DNA of 64,000 bases, from NCBI GenBank assembly GCA_050015075.1, contig JBEKCB010000006.1, positions 64,001-128,000 on the forward strand, in the 5' to 3' direction. The DNA is from Candidatus Brocadiia bacterium. GTDB taxonomy: Bacteria; Planctomycetota; Brocadiia; CAIUPP01. Under the pieces are notes generated by a model, which saw nothing but the letters and a program-made list of their open reading frames with translations, ran no database searches and was not told the origin of the DNA. Made by a program: the position numbers and the translations under genes. Positions 1-9,171 of the stretch are shown here, one piece after another (within the stretch, counting starts at the first letter, position 1; each line of letters starts with the position of its first letter).

Positions 1-912
1 GGTTTCGCCTTCGACAATCAGTTCCGCGCAGCCGCCTACATTCGTGGCCACCGCGGGCTTCCCGCAGGCCATAGCCTCAAGGATCGCATTGGGCATTCCT
101 TCCCAGGACGATGGCAGCGCGATGAGGTCCATCCTCGCGAGGAGCGGCCGAGTGTCGGACAGCCATCCCAACCAGCGTACGCTGCTCGAGAGGCCCAGCC
201 GGTCAGCTTCCGCCCTGCACTGCGTTTCCAGCCGCCCGGTTCCGGCGAAGGCGAATACCGTTTGCGGGGCCTCGCGCACCACTCGCGCCGCGGCCCGCAG
301 AAGCAAGAGCGGGTTCTTCTGCCGGTCCAGCCGTCCGACAAAAGCCACCATCAGCACGCCTTCCGGCAGGCGCCACTCCGGCGGCGGCGCCAGCACCGGA
401 GCATCGCAATCGGATGGGTCCACGCCGTTCGGCACCACCACCAGCTTGTGCATCGGCACATGCGCGCGCCGATGGGTGTATTGCCGCGCCGATTCCGAAA
501 CACACGTGAAGACGTCCGTCAGCCGCTGCGTCAGGAATTCGACCCAAACGTGCCGGAGCCGTGGCTCCTCGACCCGGATGGACGCTATTTTTGTGCCGAT
601 TCCCGACCGGATTGCGACCAGACTGCCGACAAAGTTGGCATGGAACAGGAATGTGTGCAGCACATGCGGCCGGTTCGCGCGCAGCGCCCGGCGCAGCCGC
701 AGCCACGCGCCGAGATCCCACCAGCCGCGCATGTCAATCGGGATGACTTCGATCCCTTTTTCCTTGAGCCGACCGAAGATCGGGCCGCGGCCGGAGAGGC
801 ATGCGACGATCGGCTCGAACCTCCGCCGGTCCAGGCGCGTGGCCAGCTCGTACAGCGCCTTCTCCGCGCCGCCGATTTCCAGTTCCGTAATGAGATAGAA
901 AATCCTTCGCAT
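1..912 (-). CDS. Glycosyltransferase family 4 (GT-B), 3' end runs off the window
   Basis: Not in the ORF track (no stop inside the window). Manual translation from ATG 912: MRRIFYLITELEIGGAEKALYEL...VGRLDRQKN...PSSWEGMPNAILEAMACGKPAVATNVGG, which carries the GT4 E-x7-E motif. Confidence 0.9.
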   Translation of the reverse strand, partial: MRRIFYLITELEIGGAEKALYELATRLDRRRFEPIVACLSGRGPIFGRLKEKGIEVIPIDMRGWWDLGAWLRLRRALRANRPHVLHTFLFHANFVGSLVAIRSGIGTKIASIRVEEPRLRHVWVEFLTQRLTDVFTCVSESARQYTHRRAHVPMHKLVVVPNGVDPSDCDAPVLAPPPEWRLPEGVLMVAFVGRLDRQKNPLLLLRAAARVVREAPQTVFAFAGTGRLETQCRAEADRLGLSSSVRWLGWLSDTRPLLARMDLIALPSSWEGMPNAILEAMACGKPAVATNVGGCAELIVEGET

Positions 913-968
913 GGCTGTACCCTTTCCGCGCCGCCGGAGATTGTAGCAGCCCGCGCCGAGCCGGACAA

Positions 969-996
969 TTGCCAGCGCGCGTCCAGCGGCTATAAT
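969..996 (+). promoter_or_regulatory. sigma70-type promoter of tilS, probably leaderless
   Basis: TTGCCA-16 nt-TATAAT ends 7 nt before the GTG start at 1004; no SD sequence. Confidence 0.6.
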
Positions 997-1003
997 AGAG
1001 CGC

Positions 1004-2479
1004 GTGCAAGACATCATCGAGAAATTCGAGGCGACGATTCGGCGGCATAACCTGCTGCCTGACCGCGGCTGCGTCGTCATGGCGGTCTCCGGCGGGCCGG
1101 ACTCGTTGGCGCTGCTCCACCTGATGCGCGAGGTCCGGGACCGGAGCCATCCGCGGCTCGCGCTGCACGTGGGGCATCTGCATCACGGCATGCGCGGCGC
1201 GGCGGCGGACGAGGACGCGCAGTTCGTCGCGTCGGAGGCCGCGCGGCTGGGCGTCGCCTGCACCATCGAACGCACGGACGTGCCGGCCCTGGCCGCCGAG
1301 CGCCGGCTGGGAATCGAGGTCGCCGGCCGCGAGGCGCGCTATGAATTCCTGACGCGGCTGGCGAAATCGCTCGGCGCGCGCGACATCGCCTTCGGACACC
1401 AGGCGGACGACCAGGCCGAAACGGTCCTCATGCGCGTGATGCGAGGCGCGGGTCAGCGCGGGATGGGCGGCATCCCTTATGTCCGCCCGGTCGCCGACGC
1501 GCCCGGGATCCGCGTCGTCCGTCCCCTGCTCGACTGCTCCCGGCGCGAAATCGTTCAATTCCTCCGCCGGCGCGGACTGCGCTCGCGGCTGGACTCGACG
1601 AACCTCTCCCGGAAATACCTTCGGAATCGCCTGCGCCGCCTCGCCATTCCCGAAATGAAGCGCGACTGGGGCGGGCGGCTGACGCCGGACCTCTGCTCGC
1701 TCGCGGCCCTCGCGCAGAGATTCCAGGCGCGGTCGGACGCGATTCGAGCGGCGCTCCAGTCGCAGAACTCCGTGCGCGTGACGAACGGGTACGTCGAGAC
1801 GGAGTCCGCCTGGCTGCGCCGCATCCCGCCGGCGATGCTGCCGGACCTGGTTCAAGCCTGGATGAAAGAGGCTGATCTGTGGCGGAAGATGCTGTCGGCC
1901 GGCGAGTACGAGCGAATCGCCGCACTACTCGCTCGCGGCCGCGGGCGCGTCGCCCTCTCCGGCGCCGTGCTGGCCTGCGTCTGGCGGCGATTATTCATCC
2001 TCTGCCCCGCGCCTGCTGCGGCGCGCGACCGCCGCAGCCCTGAGCGCAGTCGAAGGGCCGGATCGTCCGAGATGGAGTATCGCGTCCAACTCAATGTGCC
2101 GGGCCGCACGCGCATCGAGCCGCTGGGCGGCATCATCGAGGCGGAAATTCTCGAAGCGGGAAAGGAACTGATCGCCCGCAATCGAGCGACGCGGGACGGA
2201 TTCGAAGAATTCCTCGACATGGAGAACGTGGAACTGCCGCTAGTCGTGCGTTTCCCGCGTCCCGGAGACCGCATGCGGCCGCTGGGCGCGCCGGGCAGCC
2301 GAAAACTTCAAGATATTTTCACCGACCTTCACGTACCGCCGTGGCTCCGAACGCGGACCCTTCTCGTCACCGTCGAGGATCGCCCGATCTGGATCGTAGG
2401 CCGCCGCATCGCCGACGCCGTGAAGCTCACGGATGGAACGCGCAAAGTCCTGCGGCTGAAATTCGTACCGAAAGGATGA
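1004..2479 (+). CDS. tilS: tRNA(Ile)-lysidine synthetase
   Basis: PP-loop AVSGGPDS, HLHHGMRG, R-x2-RY, GHQADDQAETVL, RNRLR and the C-terminal TilS domain (PGDRM...KLQDIF). Confidence 0.96.
   Translation: MQDIIEKFEATIRRHNLLPDRGCVVMAVSGGPDSLALLHLMREVRDRSHPRLALHVGHLHHGMRGAAADEDAQFVASEAARLGVACTIERTDVPALAAERRLGIEVAGREARYEFLTRLAKSLGARDIAFGHQADDQAETVLMRVMRGAGQRGMGGIPYVRPVADAPGIRVVRPLLDCSRREIVQFLRRRGLRSRLDSTNLSRKYLRNRLRRLAIPEMKRDWGGRLTPDLCSLAALAQRFQARSDAIRAALQSQNSVRVTNGYVETESAWLRRIPPAMLPDLVQAWMKEADLWRKMLSAGEYERIAALLARGRGRVALSGAVLACVWRRLFILCPAPAAARDRRSPERSRRAGSSEMEYRVQLNVPGRTRIEPLGGIIEAEILEAGKELIARNRATRDGFEEFLDMENVELPLVVRFPRPGDRMRPLGAPGSRKLQDIFTDLHVPPWLRTRTLLVTVEDRPIWIVGRRIADAVKLTDGTRKVLRLKFVPKG
2038..2057 (+). 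repeat. CCCTGAGC..CGAAGGG palindromic repeat inside tilS
   Basis: ccctgagcgcagtcgaaggg; same core as the copies at 4668, 5377 and 60223 (reverse complement). Confidence 0.65.
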
Positions 2480-2565
2480 ATTTGTTTCTCACCACCACCG
2501 GCGCTGCAAGAGCAAGCAGCACCTTGATATCCGTCAGAGAATGCATATCATGACGCCATAAGGGT

Positions 2566-3009
2566 ATGGGACATTCAAATAATTATCCGTTGCACAGAGG
2601 GATGGGACTTCGATGCCTGAACCATGGTCAACGATCTCGTGGGGGCGGCTGTCTGGCACTTCTGGGAGTTTCTGTTCTGCTCCTGATTTACGGTGCTTTT
2701 CGGTATTACAGTATGACATTGGGCCTCCTGTGTTTGGCCCTTGTCGTATGGCCCTTAGCCGGTGAGTTCATCGAGCTTTGGGCGCGGCTTTACGTCCGAG
2801 AATCTATGCATTTCGGCCAAACCAATTTCCTCGGCATTTGGCAAGAAACGCCCGGTACATTCCTAACAAAGGTTGCGGTTGTGGTCTGGATAATTCAGGC
2901 GCTGTTGGTTCTGGCCGCATCCATATCCGCGGTGAGATTGGTTCGCAAAGAGAAGGATAATACCGTTTCCCGGAAGTACGATGGGTTTAGCAGCCACGAG
3001 GATTGCTAA
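2566..3009 (+). CDS. Hypothetical membrane protein
   Basis: 147 aa with about 3 hydrophobic helices, lower GC than the flanks; start uncertain. Confidence 0.55.
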   Translation: MGHSNNYPLHRGMGLRCLNHGQRSRGGGCLALLGVSVLLLIYGAFRYYSMTLGLLCLALVVWPLAGEFIELWARLYVRESMHFGQTNFLGIWQETPGTFLTKVAVVVWIIQALLVLAASISAVRLVRKEKDNTVSRKYDGFSSHEDC

Positions 3010-3032
3010 CGGGCATCTGTAGAGCAGATGCA

Positions 3033-3090
3033 TAGCCGTTTCACCGAATGTTCCGCAAAGGCATTCAGTCCCCCGATTTTCCACTCCGTC
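3033..3090 (-). repeat. Degenerate duplicate of the nucleoside hydrolase 3' end (direct repeat of 4738-4795)
   Basis: 51/58 nt identical by manual alignment; reads TEWKIGGLNAFAEHSVKRL against TEWKSGGLNAFEEHLVKRL. Confidence 0.8.
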
Positions 3091-3240
3091 ACGGTGTCTA
3101 ACCCACGCGCGTGATCCACGGTATTGGACGCATGAGGTGAAAATGACACACCGCAAGGAATTCTTGCGCCCGACCGCGCTGTTCAATGCCATCGGAACTG
3201 CATTTCAGCGCGGCCCGGTCTATAAACTCATGTTTCCTTT

Positions 3241-4479
3241 TTACTTGACCTGATACAGATGCACATCCCACTCGTTGAACTGGTCCCGGAACGTGCCGAC
3301 CGTCGCGCTGACGATGCGGCCTTCGCCGAGCACTTCGATCTGCGCGTAGCGGCGAAGACCGGCCAGGGTGAACGTGACGTCCGTGACGCCGGGCTGCGTC
3401 GCGACGGCAAAAACATAGGTCCTGCCGCGGCACTTCTTCACCATCGCCGCCACCGGCACGCTCGCATTCGAGGATTCCACCGTGAGCGCGCCGAGGACCG
3501 TGGGGCTGTTCAACACCGGCGCCAGTTGCATAATCTGGTGGTTGATCGCCGTGACGGCGGCCAGGTTCACCGGATCGTCCAGCAGGGCATGGTCGTCGAA
3601 CGTGGGCAGGAACTGATGGACGAAATAAATGAGTCCCCTGCTTCCATTGACGAGGGACATCCAGACTTCCGCCCGGATCTCCTGGGGCGTGGCTTTGCCG
3701 GTCCCATTGATGTCCGTGCACTCGATGCAGTTCCAGACGGGTTTCGTTCCCCCGGAGTACGTGACCAGCCGCTCGACGCCCTGGCCGACGAGATAGAGCT
3801 GGCCGTTGACCGCAGGGTCGTCGTCCGCCACGGGGTAGATGTCGAATGAGGCGACATCGCATCCCTCGCAGTACAGGGGATAGTCCTCGTCGTGTCCGGT
3901 GCGCGTGCCGCGGCCGATGTAGCCGTCCCAGGCCACCCCTTGGCCGAGATTGAGGAACACCGGCCGGGTGGGATCCGCGGCGCAGAGCTGTTCGTATTCG
4001 GCAAGGATCGTGGAGGGCAATACGGGCGGCCCGTAACCATCGCCGGACGGAAGCTCCTGAGCGTTGTCCGGCTCATCGGGGTCTATCGTCCAGCCGACGA
4101 TGGTCGGATCCATCAGATGGGCCAGCCCGACGTCGTTCTGGTCGCAGATGACCGGCATTCCGTATTGGGCCAGTTGCGTGAGCTGGTCCTCGGTCGGTCC
4201 TTGCCACAGGCCGAGGTAAAGGTTGATTCCCGCCTGCTGGTAACCGGGCGCCCAACTTGGATCCTGCAGCCAGACGGCGATGGGGAAGTACGTTTCGCTC
4301 TTCGGCAGCCCGTACTGCCACTGCTCATAAGCCCGGACAGCGATGGGGAAGTACATATTGCTCTTCGTCGGCCCGCTCTTCGACTGCGCATAAGGGGCGA
4401 GTTTCGTATTATCGCCGCCGAGCGCAAGCGTCCCGGCCAGCAACAAAGCTCCCGCTGCGAGAAGTCTCGGCCATGTCAT
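3241..4479 (-). CDS. Secreted protein, probable glycoside-hydrolase-like TIM barrel with a C-terminal beta domain
   Basis: SD GAGGAGG, signal peptide MTWPRLLAAGALLLAGTLALG, motifs DEPDNAQ, SFDIYP and GLIYFVH. Confidence 0.7.
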   Translation of the reverse strand: MTWPRLLAAGALLLAGTLALGGDNTKLAPYAQSKSGPTKSNMYFPIAVRAYEQWQYGLPKSETYFPIAVWLQDPSWAPGYQQAGINLYLGLWQGPTEDQLTQLAQYGMPVICDQNDVGLAHLMDPTIVGWTIDPDEPDNAQELPSGDGYGPPVLPSTILAEYEQLCAADPTRPVFLNLGQGVAWDGYIGRGTRTGHDEDYPLYCEGCDVASFDIYPVADDDPAVNGQLYLVGQGVERLVTYSGGTKPVWNCIECTDINGTGKATPQEIRAEVWMSLVNGSRGLIYFVHQFLPTFDDHALLDDPVNLAAVTAINHQIMQLAPVLNSPTVLGALTVESSNASVPVAAMVKKCRGRTYVFAVATQPGVTDVTFTLAGLRRYAQIEVLGEGRIVSATVGTFRDQFNEWDVHLYQVK

Positions 4480-4595
4480 CGCCGCTCCTCCTCTTCCAAG
4501 GCCGACCCGCTCCGGCAACCAGTTTCCAAATGGAGCAGTCTACGGGATTTCTCATTTAGCCGCCCTTCCTGGGGCCGCCGCGTTTCCCACGTGGT

Positions 4596-4624
4596 ACTGT
4601 AGTCCTCGAAGTGGACCCTGTCAA
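4596..4624 (-). promoter_or_regulatory. sigma70 promoter for the 3241-4479 gene
   Basis: TTGACA-17 nt-TACAGT on the minus strand. Confidence 0.65.
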
Positions 4625-4657
4625 CTCCACCCCCGGTGACTTTCCGGCCTTGGAGGG

Positions 4658-4720
4658 CCCTCGACGACCCTGAGCCTGTCGAAGGGCTGCGCTCAGCATG
4701 GCGCGGGTTTTACTTATGTG
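4658..4720 (-). repeat. Composite REP-like element
   Basis: CCCTGAGCCTGTCGAAGGG unit (4668-4686) abuts a 34-nt segment whose reverse complement matches 37184-37217 at 29/34. Confidence 0.7.
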
Positions 4721-5655
4721 GGCGAAAGTGAATCAGATAGCCTTTTCACCAAGTGTTCCTCAAAGGCATTCAGTCCGCCGCTCTTCCACTCCGTCGCAAC
4801 GTTCATCTTCTTCGCGTTCGCATCTTCCAGGGTAAAACCCCATTTGGTTCTGATGCCGATGCACTCCAGCTTCAACCATTTGTCGGCGAAGGCAAGGTAT
4901 ATGGCAACGGTGTCGAAGAGGACTGAACTCGTCTGTTTCGCTTGTTTCTCCCAGACGGTGCCTTTTGACCAGCGCTGGTAACTCTTGATCAGCTCCTGCG
5001 TCAATGGGTCCTTGCTTGCTAATACCTTCTTGAACTTCTCACCTGCGAGCCGGACTACGCCGCAGGTATCCACCGGCGTTACGGTCATGTCCCATGCGGC
5101 TTGGAAAACTCTTGCGGCATCGTAGGCGTACGCGACTACGTTGTACTCTTCGTCCACCCTGCCGGCGAGCCCGTTGTAGCCCTTGCGCACGCTTCCCTGC
5201 ATGCCGACGAACCTTGCCTTCCGCGCGATGCGCGGCTCGACATAGAGCGCCCTGGCGATATTCGGCGTCGGGCCGATGGAGATCAGCGTGACCTTTTCCT
5301 TCGAGCGCATGATGGTCTCGATCATCGCTCGCACGCCGTCCTGCATGACTCTGCCGGGATAATGCGCACGGTTCGACCCTGAGCTCACCGCCGAAGGGAG
5401 GTCAAGTTCGTTCGCGTAATCGTACAGCGTCTCTTTCACCGCGCCGAGAGGGATGCCGATGCCGATCGGCACGTCGGTCCTTCCTCCGGCCTTGAGCAAC
5501 CTGGCGCAGAGTTTCGCGCGGTAGGTCGTGTCGCCTGTCGCCGTGGTGATGAGCTTCACGTCCAGCTCGGGGCACTTGAGCATATAGGCAATCGCCCAGG
5601 AATCGTCAATGTCGGTTCCAAGGTCCGTGTCGAGAATTACGGGTATCTTTTTCAT
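4714..5655 (-). CDS. Nucleoside hydrolase (IU-NH family)
   Basis: N-terminal DTDLGTDIDD (DxDxxxDD), IGPTPNIA, EYNV and LFD motifs. Confidence 0.9.
   Translation of the reverse strand: MKKIPVILDTDLGTDIDDSWAIAYMLKCPELDVKLITTATGDTTYRAKLCARLLKAGGRTDVPIGIGIPLGAVKETLYDYANELDLPSAVSSGSNRAHYPGRVMQDGVRAMIETIMRSKEKVTLISIGPTPNIARALYVEPRIARKARFVGMQGSVRKGYNGLAGRVDEEYNVVAYAYDAARVFQAAWDMTVTPVDTCGVVRLAGEKFKKVLASKDPLTQELIKSYQRWSKGTVWEKQAKQTSSVLFDTVAIYLAFADKWLKLECIGIRTKWGFTLEDANAKKMNVATEWKSGGLNAFEEHLVKRLSDSLSPT
5372..5398 (+). repeat. CCCTGAGC..CGAAGGG repeat inside the nucleoside hydrolase gene
   Basis: ttcgaccctgagctcaccgccgaaggg, read on the minus strand as PSAVSSGSN. Confidence 0.65.
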
Positions 5656-5666
5656 GGTCAGTTCTC

Positions 5667-5715
5667 TGCTTGTAGTGGCGTCGTCAGGCGTTACTTCGTA
5701 TGCCCTGACGGGCAC
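5667..5715 (+). repeat. GTAG-type REP-like element, copy 1
   Basis: tgcttGTAGtggcgtcgtcaggcg...tatgccctgacgggcac; near-identical inverted copy at 15844-15893. Confidence 0.75.
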
Positions 5716-5729
5716 ACAACGAGCGGCTT

Positions 5730-5945
5730 CTAATCACCGGTCTTTGCAGAGGGCATGTACAGCCACAGGAAGATGTAGGCGATCAGGCCGATTCCGCCTG
5801 CGAACAGAAAAGTTAGAAACAGGACGCGCCATAACCACGAAGGAAGAGGAGTATATTCTCCGAATCCTCCGCAGATTCCGCCCAGCCTTGCGTCTTTAGA
5901 TGACTTCCGCAGATCCCTCCACTTCCATTCGTGCGCCTCGGCCAT
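5730..5945 (-). CDS. PspC domain protein
   Basis: LRKSSKDARLGGICGGFGEY...WRVLF...IAYIFLWLYMP is the PspC pattern; SD GGAGG before ATG 5945. Confidence 0.88.
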   Translation of the reverse strand: MAEAHEWKWRDLRKSSKDARLGGICGGFGEYTPLPSWLWRVLFLTFLFAGGIGLIAYIFLWLYMPSAKTGD

Positions 5946-6076
5946 TGCGTTCCTCCTTAATGCCAATTCCCCAGGCTCCTACGTCGCAACAACTCGTGTA
6001 TATTGCGAAGGAGAGCATTTCAATGTGTTCTGCCCACGGAACATGACCCAGAAGTGCGCCGGACAAGCGAGTCGGC

Positions 6077-6610
6077 TCATGGAAGCCCCCAGCGTGACCG
6101 TGCCTTCGCATAGAGCATCGCGCCGAGGCCGCCAAGAAACAACCCCAGATAGAAGATGCAGAGGATGCCGCTCAGCGTGGGGTTGCTGCCCGAATCGGTC
6201 ATGAACACAATCAAGAATCCTGCCAGCGCGACGATACAGGTCCCGCCACCGAACCGATAGGGACGCTTGATCTCCTTTTGCTTCGATGCGGCTTGAATGC
6301 TCTGCACGGTCGGCGTGCCGCAATGCGGGCAGGCCATTGCCTTTCTTGAGACCCTATGCCCGCATCCGTTACACCAGAGCAGTCCCCTGACCAATACTGC
6401 CCTAAGCAGGACAAATGCCAATCCGTATGCAGTTCCTACCAATGCTCCAAGCGCGATATCCGTCCTAATGTCAGAGCCGCTTCGTGGTAGGCCTGCCGGC
6501 CAAGTGGCTTGTGGCGAGCGAGTAGACGAAGTCATCAGCTCGGCGGTCGTACCGAGTAAACAACCTATGGCAACCGGCACGAGGAGGCGACGTAGGAACT
6601 CGCGCAACAT
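6077..6610 (-). CDS. Membrane protein with an internal zinc ribbon
   Basis: TM helices flank CNGC...CPHCG; a promoter lies upstream. Confidence 0.6.
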   Translation of the reverse strand: MLREFLRRLLVPVAIGCLLGTTAELMTSSTRSPQATWPAGLPRSGSDIRTDIALGALVGTAYGLAFVLLRAVLVRGLLWCNGCGHRVSRKAMACPHCGTPTVQSIQAASKQKEIKRPYRFGGGTCIVALAGFLIVFMTDSGSNPTLSGILCIFYLGLFLGGLGAMLYAKARSRWGLP

Positions 6611-6779
6611 TGGATTCCATCCCTAAAGCACGACGGTCATTGCACCATATCATGCACCGATGCGTACCGGCGGAGCTTTATTTCCGGCGGTCTATTCCAA
6701 GGACACGCGGGATTTCCCATTTGACTCCGACTTTCCCATTTGGCCGTTCCTTCGGGGACGGCAGGTTTCCAAACACGAC

Positions 6780-6807
6780 ACTGTACCATCGCAACGAGCG
6801 CTGTCAA
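6780..6807 (-). promoter_or_regulatory. sigma70 promoter upstream of the 6077-6610 gene
   Basis: TTGACA-16 nt-TACAGT with a TG extension. Confidence 0.6.
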
Positions 6808-7041
6808 GGCCGTTTCTGACAGTTTTGCGACCTTGGAGAGCTTTCGGCGACACTAAACAAGTCAAAACCGCAGTCAAAGATGGGGTCGCAGACCTCCGAT
6901 TATCGCCTCATCCAGAGGTCGCTCCTGTCAAACGAACCGGAACCGTCGTTCACCGCTTCCTACGAAGGAGGTTAAGCAATTCGCGCACCAACAAGAGTCA
7001 ATTGCATCTGGGAAATCCGGGCTTAAAGGACCGACCTGACG

Positions 7042-7482
7042 CTATTGTCCGCTCACCGCATGGCGGCAGTAAGCATAGAGGGCGTCGTAAACGATGAATT
7101 CCTTCGCCAGGATTTCGTGGTCGTCCTTCAACCCCAGGCCGCTGAATCCTTCGGCCACGGCCTTCAACCCTGCCGACTGAGGCTGGTTCCACAGCGTGTT
7201 GTCCGTGTCCGCGCCGTTGACGATCTTCGCCAGCAGGACGAGCGCCGCGTCTTTGTCAAGCTTGTACTTCTTGACCAGGGCGTCGAAGGTGCATTCCTTC
7301 CCGTGATGGCCCAGTTCCGCGCCCTTCACGTCGAACGGCGTTGCGCCTTCCTGGGCCGCAACCTGAGCGACTTTGTCGGACGGCACGAAGATGAACTGCG
7401 CCTGGGGATCAATGAACTTCCGGATGAGCCACGGACAGGCGACGCGATCCACATGGACGTTTTCGCGCGTGATCCATTTCAT
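7042..7482 (-). CDS. Chromate resistance ChrB C-terminal domain protein
   Basis: MKWITREN.HVDRVACPWLIRKFIDPQAQFIFV...ATPFD...CTFD signature. Confidence 0.88.
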   Translation of the reverse strand: MKWITRENVHVDRVACPWLIRKFIDPQAQFIFVPSDKVAQVAAQEGATPFDVKGAELGHHGKECTFDALVKKYKLDKDAALVLLAKIVNGADTDNTLWNQPQSAGLKAVAEGFSGLGLKDDHEILAKEFIVYDALYAYCRHAVSGQ

Positions 7483-7517
7483 GATTGCAGACTCCTTTGC
7501 TTAGCCCGGGGCATCCA

Positions 7518-9026
7518 CTAGCGCACAAGCGGCTGGCAGGCGCCGACATCCCATGGGCCGGATTTGGGCCGAGGAAAGCCGCCCTTGTCAAGATCAAGCG
7601 CGGCGATGCCGGCGCCGGTGAGGTTTTCGCCGGCCCCGATGACCGCGGATTTCGACGTCGGGACGCCGGTCCTGAGGTCAACGCCCGGCTCGGCCGCCGG
7701 ATTGATGGAATGGAGATCGCTGTGGCATGCGGAGCGCCAGGTGTTGAGGTTCGAGGTGAATGTCTTTTCGTTCCAGACAAAGGCGTTATATACGCCGCCT
7801 TGGAAATAACAGTTATTGTCGAAGTCCACGACGCCGGTGATTTTCTTGGCGGCGATAAAGGTGTCGCAGTGGATGGCGAGATTGTTCTTGAAGTGCGCGT
7901 TGACGAGGTTATTGATGCCGTATCCGTTGCCGGTGCCGTTGCTGATGACGGTGTTGTTATACACTTCCGCGGTGCCCATGCCGACGTTCAGCCAGCCGGT
8001 GTACGACACCGAGTTGCCGATGAGCACGTTGTTGAAGATTTTGCTCGTGGCCGCGTTGTCCGACCACGGGCTGGTGCCGCTCTCGATGAAGATGTGGCCG
8101 GTGATGCTTTTGCCGGTATCGCCGTCGAAAAGGTTGTTGTAGATTTGCAGGTCGGTCGCGGCGGCAGGCGGCGTGGCGTAGGCATGGACGCCGTCATGGT
8201 GGTAGGCGTTCTTAAGCGTGTCCCAATTCGCATAATCATGGATGTGGTTGTTGTGGAACTTGATGCCGGAGGCCTTCACGGTTGTGCCCCACCCGCCGAC
8301 GGTGAAGCCGTGGTCCGTGCGGGAAATATCGTTGTTGTAAACGTCAACGTCGGCATCCCCGTTTCCGTAAAAGAATTTAATGGCCCAGTGGACATCGTGG
8401 ATGACGCTGTCGTGGATCTTGATGTGGCTGCCGCTGAAAAGGATCGCGCCGTCGCCATCCAGGTCGCGGGCGTCGTTGACGTCCGTGTGGACGTACAGAT
8501 TGGCGATGTGGAGATTCTTGAACTCGCAGTGGTCGCAAGCCATCGCCTTGATCGCCACGGACGGGACGTGGAATTTCAATTGGGTGCCGTTGTCCGTGTT
8601 CTCGATGATTCCGTTCTTGCCGCCATCAATGATGACATAGCTCCGATTGGAAACATTCAGGCAGCCGTTGTTGGTATCGCTCGCCCCCATGCTGATTCTG
8701 GCGTCAGGTTCAAAGAGGATGGTCAGCGGCGCATCGGAGGCGCCGTTGCCCTGCGCGGTCAGTTGGGTCGAAATGGGGCCGCAGAGGTGAACGGTCGTTC
8801 CCGGGCCGATCTGAGCAACCCCGGTTCCCCAATTCGCCGGCGCGTTGAAAAAGGAGACCGATTTTGCGTTGGCCGCCGACGAGCCGTCGCCCGCGCCTGC
8901 CGGCGACTCCGCGATGTAGATGTCCGCGTCGGCGGGCTTGCGGTCATCCGCCGCCAAGGCCGTGAGCGAGATTACCGAGCACAGGAACCCGGCGGCCGAA
9001 ATCCGGAGGACAGCAGCTATTGTCAT
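7518..9026 (-). CDS. Secreted right-handed beta-helix (pectin-lyase-like) protein
   Basis: Signal peptide, Asn-ladder repeats (IYNN, IFNN, VYNNT) and a C-terminal WDVGA motif. Confidence 0.75.
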   Translation of the reverse strand: MTIAAVLRISAAGFLCSVISLTALAADDRKPADADIYIAESPAGAGDGSSAANAKSVSFFNAPANWGTGVAQIGPGTTVHLCGPISTQLTAQGNGASDAPLTILFEPDARISMGASDTNNGCLNVSNRSYVIIDGGKNGIIENTDNGTQLKFHVPSVAIKAMACDHCEFKNLHIANLYVHTDVNDARDLDGDGAILFSGSHIKIHDSVIHDVHWAIKFFYGNGDADVDVYNNDISRTDHGFTVGGWGTTVKASGIKFHNNHIHDYANWDTLKNAYHHDGVHAYATPPAAATDLQIYNNLFDGDTGKSITGHIFIESGTSPWSDNAATSKIFNNVLIGNSVSYTGWLNVGMGTAEVYNNTVISNGTGNGYGINNLVNAHFKNNLAIHCDTFIAAKKITGVVDFDNNCYFQGGVYNAFVWNEKTFTSNLNTWRSACHSDLHSINPAAEPGVDLRTGVPTSKSAVIGAGENLTGAGIAALDLDKGGFPRPKSGPWDVGACQPLVR

Positions 9027-9171
9027 TTCTCGTGTTCCATTTCCGTTAGGACTGCGGAGGACGGTCGGCCGCTAACCATCGGATTATACACCCGAGGCGC
9101 CGGCTGTCAACAGTTTAAGTAATGCCTGCCGATCTTAAAAGGCGATCTACGGCAGGTGGGCGAGAAATTCC

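Noticed and set aside
6660-7097. 145-aa ORF
   Set aside because: No motifs, and it overlaps a promoter region and the chrB-like gene end
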